A stretch of DNA of 64,000 bases. Source: Candidatus Azambacteria bacterium (GTDB taxonomy: Bacteria > Patescibacteriota > Minisyncoccia > UBA10092). Position 1 is the stretch's first letter. The number at the start of each line of letters is the position of its first letter. The stretch spans positions 36,780 through 100,779 of the forward strand of contig JACRAJ010000002.1 of assembly GCA_016213445.1 (NCBI GenBank), written 5' to 3'. Shown here one piece after another: positions 29,783 to 38,878 of this stretch. Position numbers and translations under genes: made by a program. Under the pieces are notes generated by a model, which was not told the origin of the DNA, did not search any database, and saw nothing but the letters and a program-made list of their open reading frames with translations.

Positions 29783-30185
29783 AGTTGTTGAATATTTTAT
29801 CCATTAAAAATCTTTTTAAAAATTCTTCCGAAACTTCCGGGAAAAATTTGGAAACGCAGCGCCGCAATTCAACGGATGTGTTAACCAAATCGGAAACGAG
29901 GCCGTTGAATTTTATCATTTCTTCTTCCGGAAAAAAAGACGGTTCCCAAACTTCTTCCATAAAGTAATGCCAGCCGTCGGCCGTGGGCACTCTGCCGCCG
30001 GAGGTGTGCGGCTTGATCAGAAATCCCAGATCCTCGAGAAACGCCAAATCGTTTCTTACGGTGGCCGGGCTTACATTCAAATTATAATTTTCCGCCAAAA
30101 ATTCGGAACCGACCGGTTTGGCCGTTTTTATAAATTCTCCGACCACAATAATGAATATTTCTCTAGGCCTGCCTTTTAAATTCAT
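29766..30185 (-). CDS. hrcA: Truncated heat-inducible repressor HrcA (winged-helix only)
   Basis: PVGS, VSPATVRNDL..LE..G...KPHTSGGRVPT; only 139 aa. Confidence 0.88.
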   Translation of the reverse strand: MNLKGRPREIFIIVVGEFIKTAKPVGSEFLAENYNLNVSPATVRNDLAFLEDLGFLIKPHTSGGRVPTADGWHYFMEEVWEPSFFPEEEMIKFNGLVSDLVNTSVELRRCVSKFFPEVSEEFLKRFLMDKIFNNYERRK

Positions 30186-30207
30186 AACAAATGCCAGTAT
30201 ATAAAAA

Positions 30208-30234
30208 CTATCACTCCATTGTCAAGAGTGCTAA
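30208..30234 (-). promoter_or_regulatory. CIRCE element overlapping the hrcA promoter
   Basis: TTAGCACTC-TTGACAATG-GAGTGATAG; -35 TTGACA inside the spacer, TATACT 18 nt downstream. Confidence 0.88.
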
Positions 30235-30245
30235 CGCCGGAAAAT

Positions 30246-30270
30246 AAAAAAGTCCCTCCGTAGAGGGACC
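30246..30270 (-). terminator. Intrinsic terminator
   Basis: gtccctc-tacg-gagggac followed by T6 on the minus strand. Confidence 0.75.
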
Positions 30271-30420
30271 ATGCGCTTATTTAGTACCTTGGGATTTGCG
30301 CTGCAACCCCAAGGACTTCCCTGTTCTCGCTCTCCCAGACCGAGAATCGTCATCGGGAGAGAACCAACTGTCCTAAAACCATCCAAATCAGCCCGTTGGC
30401 GGCTAATCGGAAAAGGAGCG

Positions 30421-30501
30421 CTACTTTCTCGCCATAGCGGCGGCTTGGGCCGCCTGGCGAGAAAAGTAGACTACGCCGTCGACAACGTAGTATCTTCTCA
30501 T
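30421..30501 (-). CDS. Putative 26-aa peptide MRRYYVVDGVVYFSRQAAQAAAMARK inside a structured RNA
   Basis: AGAAAGGAGG RBS upstream of ATG; promoter TTGACA-17-TACATT at ~30613-30585. Confidence 0.5.
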   Translation of the reverse strand: MRRYYVVDGVVYFSRQAAQAAAMARK

Positions 30502-30680
30502 AATTCGCTCCTCCTTTCTATAATATTAGAATACATGGCTCATAACGAGCCAAAATCAATCCCTTTTAAAACTTCTTGCTTGATAATGTATCATAAACCA
30601 AGATTTCTGTCAAGATGTTGGCGGCGCGCAATCTGTGATAATGTAATTATATTATCAATTTATTCTTATTAAAATAAAAA

Positions 30681-31574
30681 ATGAAAACAATAACGGAAAA
30701 TAATTTAAATTGGGTCGACATTGAAAAACCGTCCCAAAAAGATCTCGACTGGCTTAAAAACAACTTCAATATTCACACGGTCGTTTTAAACGAGCTAATC
30801 CCCTTTTCCCAAAGGGAAAAAGTGGAATATTTCGACAACTATCTGTTTTTGGCGATGCATGTGCCGGTATTTTCCCAAACAAAAAAAACAACCAAGCCGA
30901 TCGAACTTGATTTCTTAATCACCGGAAATCACCTGATAACCATTCACAATGAAGCAATAGAACCGCTTAAAATTTTTCTTAAAAAATGCGAAGAAAAACC
31001 CGAATTGAAATCAAAATATTTCGGCGCGACAACCGGGCATTTATTCTACTGGATCGGCGAAGAAATCCTTAATTTCGCTGAAAGGCAATTATCGCACATC
31101 GGCAAAAATATCGATTTAATTGAAGACGGCATATTCAAAAGCGCCGAACATGCGCTGATAAAAGACATATTGGTCATAAAAAGGGATATTTTGGATTTTC
31201 GAATCGCCGTCAGGCCTCTTAACAGGATATTTAATTCCTTGGGCAATCGGGGAATAAATTTCTGGCCGGAAAAAAGCGCTGACTTGAAGGTTTATTTCAA
31301 CGACCTTATCGGCGATTATGAAAGAATTTGGAACGAGATAGGCAATTATGCCGACACAATCGGCGCTTTGGAAGACACGCATGCCAATCTTTTAAGCAAT
31401 AAAACCGGCGTCATCACCAAAACATTCACTATGTTGTCATTTATAACATTTCCGGCGATGCTGGTTATCGCCATCACGCAAATGAATCCCGGCGATTTAT
31501 GGATTGTCGCGGCAACTATTTTTTCCACGACGACGTTTATATGGATTTATTTCAAAACTAAAAAATGGCTGTAA
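30681..31574 (+). CDS. corA: CorA-family Mg2+/Co2+ transporter
   Basis: WVDIEKP, EL.F.I....LITIH, two C-terminal TMs; QMN in place of GMN. Confidence 0.85.
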   Translation: MKTITENNLNWVDIEKPSQKDLDWLKNNFNIHTVVLNELIPFSQREKVEYFDNYLFLAMHVPVFSQTKKTTKPIELDFLITGNHLITIHNEAIEPLKIFLKKCEEKPELKSKYFGATTGHLFYWIGEEILNFAERQLSHIGKNIDLIEDGIFKSAEHALIKDILVIKRDILDFRIAVRPLNRIFNSLGNRGINFWPEKSADLKVYFNDLIGDYERIWNEIGNYADTIGALEDTHANLLSNKTGVITKTFTMLSFITFPAMLVIAITQMNPGDLWIVAATIFSTTTFIWIYFKTKKWL

Positions 31575-31632
31575 TCCGCCTTCGGCTGTTTGAAAATTGA
31601 TAATTGATAATTGAGAATTGAAAATTGAAAAC

Positions 31633-33018
31633 ATGATAAATTTATACAATTACCTCACAAAGAAAAAGGAAGTATTCAAATCTATTAAGCCTCGCCAAGC
31701 GGGTTTTTACGCTTGCGGGCCGACGGTATACAATTACGCCCACATCGGCAATCTGCGAACCTATATTTTCGAAGATATTTTAAAGCGCGCGCTTGAATAT
31801 GGCGGATATCGAGTAAAACACGTAATGAACATTACCGACGTGGAGGATAAAATAATCCGCGATTCCCGAAAAGCCGGAAAAAATATTTTCGATTTCGTGA
31901 AGCCGTACGAAAAAGCGTTTTTCGAAGATTTGAAAAAACTGAACATTGAAAAAGCCTGGAAATATCCGAAAGCGACGCGGCATATAAAAGAAATGATAAA
32001 AATAATCGCGGCGCTTCTTAAAAAGGGGCTCGCCTATGAAGCCGAAGGTTCGATTTATTTCGATATTTCAAAATTTAAATCTTATGGCGCGTTAAGCGGC
32101 CTTAAGAATCGAGAACTTTCCGCCGAAGGCGGACCAGCCACAGGCTGGAAAGCCGGCGCCCGCGTCGATGTTGATGAATATGAAAAAGCCAGCGCGGAAG
32201 ATTTTGTTTTATGGAAAGCCGCCAAAGCCGGAGAGCCGGCATGGAGCGCCCCTTTCGGCAAGGGACGGCCGGGCTGGCATATCGAGTGTTCGGCGATGTC
32301 GATGAAATATCTGGGAGAAACTTTCGACGTCCACGCCGGCGCCGTTGACTTGATATTTCCCCACCACGAAAATGAAATCGCCCAATCGAAAGGGGCAACA
32401 GGAAAATCTTTCGCCAAATATTTTATCGAAGGCGAACATTTGCTGGTAAACGGCGAAAAAATGTCAAAATCTTTGGGCAATGTTTATAATCTGCGCGATA
32501 TCGAAGCTAAAAATTTCAATCCTCTCGCTTTTCGTTATCTTATTTTAACCGCCCACTACCGTTCGAAACTTAATTTTACATGGGAAAGCTTGCAAGCCGC
32601 CCAAAATGCGCTTGAAAATTTAAAAAATATATTTGCCGCAACAAAAAATAACGCAAAAAAATCAAAAATTTCTGAAAAAGATTTTAGAAAATATAAAAAA
32701 GAATTTTTAACATTCATAAATGATGATCTGGATATGCCGCGAGCGGTGGCGCTTTTGTGGGAAATAATAAAAACGGATAAAATAAGCGCCAAGACCAAAT
32801 ATAATTTGATTCTGGATTTTGATAAGATTTTGGGATTAAATCTCTCCAAAATCAGAATTAAAAATATACCGCTTATAATTGCAAAACTTGCAAACGAACG
32901 CGAAATATATAGAAAAGAAAAAAAATTCGCCGAAGCCGACAAACTCCGCAAAAAAATCGAATCTCTCGGCTGGCTGGTTGAAGACACATCCGCCGGCTAT
33001 AAATTGAAACGCGATTAA
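31633..33018 (+). CDS. cysS: Cysteine--tRNA ligase
   Basis: CGPTVY..AHIGN, GRPGWHIECSAMS, HHENE, KMSKS. Confidence 0.98.
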   Translation: MINLYNYLTKKKEVFKSIKPRQAGFYACGPTVYNYAHIGNLRTYIFEDILKRALEYGGYRVKHVMNITDVEDKIIRDSRKAGKNIFDFVKPYEKAFFEDLKKLNIEKAWKYPKATRHIKEMIKIIAALLKKGLAYEAEGSIYFDISKFKSYGALSGLKNRELSAEGGPATGWKAGARVDVDEYEKASAEDFVLWKAAKAGEPAWSAPFGKGRPGWHIECSAMSMKYLGETFDVHAGAVDLIFPHHENEIAQSKGATGKSFAKYFIEGEHLLVNGEKMSKSLGNVYNLRDIEAKNFNPLAFRYLILTAHYRSKLNFTWESLQAAQNALENLKNIFAATKNNAKKSKISEKDFRKYKKEFLTFINDDLDMPRAVALLWEIIKTDKISAKTKYNLILDFDKILGLNLSKIRIKNIPLIIAKLANEREIYRKEKKFAEADKLRKKIESLGWLVEDTSAGYKLKRD

Positions 33019-33047
33019 AAAACGCTCCGCTAAGCGGAGCGTTTTTT
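33017..33047 (+). terminator. Intrinsic terminator
   Basis: aaaaaacgctccgc-taa-gcggagcgtttttt. Confidence 0.75.
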
Positions 33048-33145
33048 AATTCACAGGTTTTCAACTTTTTTATTTGCGGGAAATTTTTTTAGCTATTATA
33101 CTCACGTTAGTAATTCATTTTTAAAAAACAACCCCGTATTGTGTT

Positions 33146-34528
33146 ATGCCAATAAAAACCTACAAAAAAGAAGCAAAAAAACCTCTGCCGTATAATCCCA
33201 ATCAATTGCCGCCGCAGGACATCGACGCCGAACAATCGGTTTTAGGTTCCCTCTTGATAGACAAAGACGCCATCATTAAAGTGGCCGACATCATTACCGC
33301 CGAAGATTTTTACCGCAAAGCCCATGAATTTATTTTTGAAGCCATGGTCGCCCTTTATTCGAAAAGCGAACCCATCGACCTTTTAACCGTTTCCAGCAAA
33401 TTAAAAGAAAATAAAAAACTCAAAGAAATCGGCGGCATGTCGTATCTTACGACCCTGATGAATTTTGTGCCGACTGCTTCAAACGTTGTCCACTACGCCA
33501 AAATCGTCAATCAAAAAAGAGTTTTAAGAGATTTAATAAGCGCTTCAAACGAAATTGCTTCCCTCGCTTGGGAAGAAAAAAAAGATATCGAAGAAATTCT
33601 GGATGAAGCCGAAAAAAAGATTTTCGGAGTTTCCCAAACGTCGCTCGTCCAGGAATTTCAGCATATCAAGCCGCACCTCGCCGAAGCTTTCGAAAGATTC
33701 GACCGCTTGCACAAAGGCGATGACACTTGGCGCGGCATTCCCACCGGATTTATAGACTTGGACAAACAGCTGGCCGGCCTGCAAAAATCCGATTTGATAA
33801 TTTTAGCGGCGCGCCCTTCTTTCGGCAAGACGTCTTTGGCGCTTGATGTCGCCAGAAACGCGGCCGTAAACGATAAAGTCGCGGTCGGGCTTTTCAGTTT
33901 GGAAATGTCCAAACAGCAGCTGATAGAGCGTTTAATCGCCGCCGAAGCAAGCGTTGATTTATGGCGATTAAGAACGGGCCAGCTGTCCGATGAAGGCAAA
34001 AACAACGATTTTGAAAAAATCAGCCGCGCGCTTGATCGTTTGTCGCTGGCGCCGATTTTTATAGACGACGCCGCTTCGCCAAACGTTTTACAGATAAGAA
34101 CCATGGCCCGGCGGCTTCAATCGGAAAAAGGCCTGGATCTTTTGATAATCGATTATCTCCAATTGATGCAGGGCAGCGGCCGCATTGAAAACAGAACGCA
34201 GGAAGTGAGCGAAATTTCAAGATCATTAAAAAATCTCGCCAGGGAATTGAATATTCCCGTTATCGCTGTTTCCCAGCTTTCCCGCGCTCCGGAAACGCGA
34301 ACCGACCAAACACCGAAACTTTCCGATTTAAGAGAATCGGGCGCCATCGAGCAGGATGCCGACGTAGTGATGTTTATTTACCGCGAAGACAAAGTTAAAA
34401 AAGAAACGGAACGAAAAAACATCGCCGAAGTCCACATTGCCAAACACCGCAACGGCCCGACGGGAAAAATAGAATTGTATTTCAACGAAGATTACGTAAG
34501 TTTCAAAAATCTGGACAAGCTTCATTAA
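33146..34528 (+). CDS. dnaB: Replicative DNA helicase
   Basis: AARPSFGKT, FSLEMS, IDYLQLM, SQLSR, DLRESGAIEQDAD, KHRNGPTG. Confidence 0.98.
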   Translation: MPIKTYKKEAKKPLPYNPNQLPPQDIDAEQSVLGSLLIDKDAIIKVADIITAEDFYRKAHEFIFEAMVALYSKSEPIDLLTVSSKLKENKKLKEIGGMSYLTTLMNFVPTASNVVHYAKIVNQKRVLRDLISASNEIASLAWEEKKDIEEILDEAEKKIFGVSQTSLVQEFQHIKPHLAEAFERFDRLHKGDDTWRGIPTGFIDLDKQLAGLQKSDLIILAARPSFGKTSLALDVARNAAVNDKVAVGLFSLEMSKQQLIERLIAAEASVDLWRLRTGQLSDEGKNNDFEKISRALDRLSLAPIFIDDAASPNVLQIRTMARRLQSEKGLDLLIIDYLQLMQGSGRIENRTQEVSEISRSLKNLARELNIPVIAVSQLSRAPETRTDQTPKLSDLRESGAIEQDADVVMFIYREDKVKKETERKNIAEVHIAKHRNGPTGKIELYFNEDYVSFKNLDKLH

Positions 34529-34593
34529 TAATTTAACAACAAATAAATAATTTTCTTTGTTGTTAATAAGTTAATTTAAATTTTTATTTTTAT

Positions 34594-35214
34594 ATGTATC
34601 CAAAACCGATAAAAAATTTCATAGATAATTTTTCCAAACTGCCCGGCATCGGCCCTCGCCAAGCGGCGCGATTGGCTTTTTGGATTTTAAACGATAAAAA
34701 AAATATCAAGGAAGATTTAAAAAAGGCGCTTGAGGGATTGGCCGGAAAAGTTAAAAGTTGCGACTTTTGCCATTTTGCCATTGAAAATGGCGATAATAAC
34801 AAATGCGCTTTTTGCGACAATCCCGTTCGCGATCATAAAACAATCTGCGTCGTTGAAAAAGAAACCGACCTTGCCACCATTGAAAAGGCCGGCGTTTATA
34901 AAGGTTTATATCATGTTTTAGGCGGGCTTTTTTCCGCGTTGGACACGGCTATTCCCAAAAATTTAAAAATTCCCGAACTGGCAAGCCGGGTGGAAAGCAA
35001 GATGGGCGCCGATAATGAAATCGAAGAAATAATTTTGGCGCTATCGCCCACTCATGAAGGCGACTTAACCGCGCGCCACCTGGAAAGATTGTTAAAGCCT
35101 TTTAAAGTAAAAATAACCCGACTTGGACGCGGCTTGCCTTACGGTTCGGATGTGGAATTCGCCGATGCCAAAACGCTATCAGGCGCGCTTGAATCCCGCA
35201 AGGAATTAAAATAA
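34594..35214 (+). CDS. recR: Recombination mediator RecR
   Basis: LPGIGPRQAARLA, C4 zinc finger, YHVLGG, EGDLTA. Confidence 0.96.
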   Translation: MYPKPIKNFIDNFSKLPGIGPRQAARLAFWILNDKKNIKEDLKKALEGLAGKVKSCDFCHFAIENGDNNKCAFCDNPVRDHKTICVVEKETDLATIEKAGVYKGLYHVLGGLFSALDTAIPKNLKIPELASRVESKMGADNEIEEIILALSPTHEGDLTARHLERLLKPFKVKITRLGRGLPYGSDVEFADAKTLSGALESRKELK

Positions 35215-35236
35215 AACCGCAATTTTTAAATAAAAT

Positions 35237-35545
35237 TTACTTAATCCCCAAAATTTCGACTTCCGTAAAATGCTGGCGATGGCCGGCTTTTTTTCTGTAT
35301 CTGGTTTTAGAATGGTAGTGAAAAACAATCACTTTTTTCGATCGCCCCTGTTTTAAAACTTTTGCCGAAACTTTCGAGCCCTCAACCAAAGGAGCGCCGA
35401 TTTTCGCTTCTTTATCGGCCACCAGTAAAACTTCGCCAAATTCAACATTATCGCCTTCGGGCGCCTCTATTTTCCCCAGCTTCAACTTATCGCCTTCTTT
35501 TACCAAATATTGTTTGCCTCCCGTTTTTATTATCGCGAATTTCAT
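35237..35545 (-). CDS. rplU: 50S ribosomal protein bL21
   Basis: IKTGGKQY, GHRQHFT. Confidence 0.97.
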   Translation of the reverse strand: MKFAIIKTGGKQYLVKEGDKLKLGKIEAPEGDNVEFGEVLLVADKEAKIGAPLVEGSKVSAKVLKQGRSKKVIVFHYHSKTRYRKKAGHRQHFTEVEILGIK

Positions 35546-35594
35546 ATTATTTAGAGTTTAAAGATATAGCAATTTTAGCGATTAGTCAACCTTT

Positions 35595-35948
35595 TTATCT
35601 GTTTATCAAATACAGCGCGATGCCGGCGATAACCAAAAAGAATTGGGCCATCAATGCCGCGGCCGACAAAAAATAAGACAGTGTTTGGTTTTTTTTCCAA
35701 AAATTCGCGGACAGGGCGCCGTTAACTAAAAAAATCAACAAACCGGCCGCGGGCAAAATAAATATGCTTTTAACTTCGCCGAAATAATCAACGCCCGAAT
35801 TGACATTGTAGTGAAGCACAATCGGAACGCCGCCTTGTTTTATGGAAAGCCGAAAAAACAAAAAAAGCGCGGCATTCAAAAACAAACTTAAACCGAGCAA
35901 TAAACGATTTGTTTTATTTTCAAAAAAATCTTTCATAAAATTAATCAC
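35595..35948 (-). CDS. Small membrane protein (DUF1648-like)
   Basis: TM-IVLHYN..GVD.FG-TM-TM. Confidence 0.6.
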   Translation of the reverse strand: MINFMKDFFENKTNRLLLGLSLFLNAALFLFFRLSIKQGGVPIVLHYNVNSGVDYFGEVKSIFILPAAGLLIFLVNGALSANFWKKNQTLSYFLSAAALMAQFFLVIAGIALYLINR

Positions 35949-35982
35949 AAAAAAAATCGGCCTTGGCTGATTTTTTAATCAT

Positions 35983-36819
35983 TTAAAATTTTATTAAAAT
36001 AGACATTAAAAATCCCAATATCGCGAAAGCGGCAAGCGGCGGCAGAGCCGGCATCGGCCGGCGAACCTTTTGAGAAATAAAAATCAAATGCATCGCTAAA
36101 AGCCCGATCAGAGAGAAAATCAAAACCGTCCAAGCGCTGGCGGCGCTTACGGCATAAGCAGAAGCGGCCATAATGAGCGGGAAAACAAAATCGCCCGTGC
36201 CAAGCATCATAAATCCCTCACCCGGCCGGGCTTCATCAAGACGCGCCGCAAATCCCGGCCAATGTTCGGGAAAAACCATCGCAAAAACCGCCCTGCCGGA
36301 AATCATCACCTTCGCCATTTTCACCATATGTTTGGTTTTATAAACCGCCACGTAATCGTAGGCCGCCATAAACATTAAAATAAAGATGGCCGTCCAAGGA
36401 TTGATTGACGCGCCAAAAAAAGCGGCAACACCGGGCAAAGTTAAAATTAAAACCAAATTATGAAGCCACACGTACGGCCAGATAATGTAAAAAGAAACCA
36501 GCAATAAAGATAAAATGAGCGCCAAATTATCGGACGTAAAAACGCCAAGCGTTATCCAAGTGCCGGAAAATAAAGCGAAAAGAAAAAATAGCCGCAAGAA
36601 AAATCCGCCGTGCGCGATGCGAATCAGCCCTAAAATAACGGCCGTGCCGATGCCAAAAGCCAGCAAAAATTGCCACCACGGCACGGCGGAAACCTGCACC
36701 CCGCTTATAAGATTCGAACCGTAAATTTTAGCGGCGGAAAAAACGCTGATGACGCCGATCAAGCAAAACGAAACCAGCTCCTGAAAAAACATTTTTAAAT
36801 TCAAATTGCGCGGAATCAT
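35983..36819 (-). CDS. Presenilin/signal-peptide-peptidase-like intramembrane aspartyl protease
   Basis: AAYDYVAVYKTKHM (YD), LGTGD (GxGD), PALP. Confidence 0.88.
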   Translation of the reverse strand: MIPRNLNLKMFFQELVSFCLIGVISVFSAAKIYGSNLISGVQVSAVPWWQFLLAFGIGTAVILGLIRIAHGGFFLRLFFLFALFSGTWITLGVFTSDNLALILSLLLVSFYIIWPYVWLHNLVLILTLPGVAAFFGASINPWTAIFILMFMAAYDYVAVYKTKHMVKMAKVMISGRAVFAMVFPEHWPGFAARLDEARPGEGFMMLGTGDFVFPLIMAASAYAVSAASAWTVLIFSLIGLLAMHLIFISQKVRRPMPALPPLAAFAILGFLMSILIKF

Positions 36820-36833
36820 ACGTTTAAATTTCG

Positions 36834-36908
36834 TACCGCCACCGGGATTTGAACCCGGGTTACCTGGATGAGAACCAGGCGTCCTAGACCGGACTAGACG
36901 ATAGCGGC
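36834..36908 (-). tRNA. tRNA-Glu(CUC)
   Basis: gccgctatcgtctagtccggtctaggacgcctggtt-CTC-atccagg...ggttcaaatcc. Confidence 0.95.
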
Positions 36909-36950
36909 TCTCTTGATACTATAGCTCAAATTATGGCATTATTCAACATA

Positions 36951-37658
36951 ATGGACTCCAAAAAAACAATAATTTTCCTTCACGGCTGGGGGGTTTCTTC
37001 AAAAATATTCGGGCCGCTTTTTTATTATTTTAAAAATGATTTTACCGTTTATTCCCCGGACTTGCCCGGCTTCGGTGAAACCCCGATTAAAAACATAATG
37101 ACTTTAAAAGATTATGCCGATTTTGTTTATAAGTTCGTTAAAGATGAAAACATCGAAAAGCCGATAATTATCGGACATTCTTTCGGCGGGGCGGTGGCGG
37201 CCAAATTCGCGATAAATTATCCCGACACTGCCTCGCTATTAGTTTTAGTCGGCGCCAGCTCCATTCGCGAACCGAATTTAAAAACCAAACTACTGGGAAA
37301 AGCCGCCGGAATTTTAAAATATTTTATACCGAAAAAAATGCGAAAAACCATTTTAAAAATTTTTAAACTCGACGCGTCCGATTACGCTTTAATAGAGAGT
37401 CCCCTTTTGAAAGAAACATTCAAAAATCTGATAAAAGAAAATCTGGCGGCGGAATTGCCGATGATAAAAATTCCTGCGCTTATCATCTGGGGCGAAAAAG
37501 ACGCGGAAACGCCGCTTAAAGAAGGGCAAAAAATCGCCGAACTTATTCCCAGCGCTAAATTTGCGATTATAAAAAACGCCGGCCATTTTGTGTTTTTGCA
37601 AAAGCCCGATGAATTTACCAAATTAATTAGAGAATTTTGTTTAGAAATTAAAAATTAG
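36951..37658 (+). CDS. Alpha/beta hydrolase
   Basis: LHGWG, DLPGFG, GHSFGG, WGEKD, AGH. Confidence 0.92.
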   Translation: MDSKKTIIFLHGWGVSSKIFGPLFYYFKNDFTVYSPDLPGFGETPIKNIMTLKDYADFVYKFVKDENIEKPIIIGHSFGGAVAAKFAINYPDTASLLVLVGASSIREPNLKTKLLGKAAGILKYFIPKKMRKTILKIFKLDASDYALIESPLLKETFKNLIKENLAAELPMIKIPALIIWGEKDAETPLKEGQKIAELIPSAKFAIIKNAGHFVFLQKPDEFTKLIREFCLEIKN

Positions 37659-37675
37659 AAAATAGAAATTTTTAC

Positions 37676-38878
37676 ATGATGCCTCTTAAAAATCTTTTAT
37701 ATCTTCTCCAGCTCGAAGAATACGATTTAAAACGTTTTAACGATTGGCTGAAGCGCAATCCGAACCGCGTCGTTTCGGAAAAAAAGGGAGTTATAAATTG
37801 GACTCCCAAAGCCCGCGCGCTTTTCGCGCTGGCCGAAATCATTAATATTTTAACTTTAAAAAAACGGCCTGATTCGGCGCTCGCAACCGCGCTTCGCATC
37901 TTAACGCCGCTCGACCGAATTATGAAAAATATTTCGATTTATCGGGCAAAATCGAAAATCGGAAAATTCAAAAATCTCACTGTCATTGGCATCACCGGCT
38001 CTTACGGAAAAACTACCGTGAAGGATGCCGTCGCCCATCTTTTAATTTCCAAATATCAGGTTTTGAAAACCGAAGGAAATTACAACACTCCGCTCGGAAT
38101 CTCTAAAACGATAATCGATAATTTGCAACCGGAACACGAAATATTCGTCTGCGAAATGGCCGCTTACAAGCCGGGCGACATTAAAGCCATCGCCGAAATT
38201 GTTAAGCCGAAAATCGGAATTATCACCGCCATCGGGCCGATGCATTTTGAAAGATTCGGCTCCATGGAAAATATTTTAAAAACAAAAATGGAACTTATAG
38301 AATCATTGCCCGAAGACGGCATCGGATTTTTGCCAAAAGAAATGGAAAATCAAAACAAAAATTCAATCAAGTTTTTTTCATCAAAAGAAGATTTGCTGGT
38401 GAAAATCGGAAAAATTTTCGGCATATCCGAAGAAGAAACTCTCGATTGGTTAAAAACAACGCCGCCGACTCCGCACCGGCAGGAAATTATCAAAGCTTCC
38501 GGCAATATTACCATAATCGACGACACTTACAATTCCAATCCGGCCGGTTTCGTTTCGGCTTTGGAAGCTTTAAAAAATATCGCCGCCGAAAGAAAAATTT
38601 TGGTTACTCCGGGAATGGTTGAACTTGGCGCAAAACAGTTTGAATTGAATAAAGAAGCGGCGCGGAGCGCCGCTCTAATCGCCGATTACATAATCATAAC
38701 GGGCGAAACAAATAAAAAATCCTTCGAAGAGGGTTTGAAAGAAGAATTAAAAGAAAATTTTGATAAAAAAGTTTTTTGGGCGGCGGATTTGGATTCGGCC
38801 AAATCAAAACTTTCCGAATTAACAACTCCAAATTCCGCTATTCTCTTAGAAAACGACCTTCCGGACAATTATTTTTGA
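37676..38878 (+). CDS. murF: UDP-MurNAc-tripeptide:D-Ala-D-Ala ligase
   Basis: GITGSYGKTT, NYNT.LG, IDDTYNSNP, GMVELG. Confidence 0.9.
   Translation: MMPLKNLLYLLQLEEYDLKRFNDWLKRNPNRVVSEKKGVINWTPKARALFALAEIINILTLKKRPDSALATALRILTPLDRIMKNISIYRAKSKIGKFKNLTVIGITGSYGKTTVKDAVAHLLISKYQVLKTEGNYNTPLGISKTIIDNLQPEHEIFVCEMAAYKPGDIKAIAEIVKPKIGIITAIGPMHFERFGSMENILKTKMELIESLPEDGIGFLPKEMENQNKNSIKFFSSKEDLLVKIGKIFGISEEETLDWLKTTPPTPHRQEIIKASGNITIIDDTYNSNPAGFVSALEALKNIAAERKILVTPGMVELGAKQFELNKEAARSAALIADYIIITGETNKKSFEEGLKEELKENFDKKVFWAADLDSAKSKLSELTTPNSAILLENDLPDNYF

Noticed and set aside
30271..30672. 133-aa + strand ORF; also tmRNA, RNase P or group I intron identity
   Set aside because: The ORF is antisense to a promoter/RBS/terminator unit; no tRNA-like ends, complete P4 or P7 pairing found
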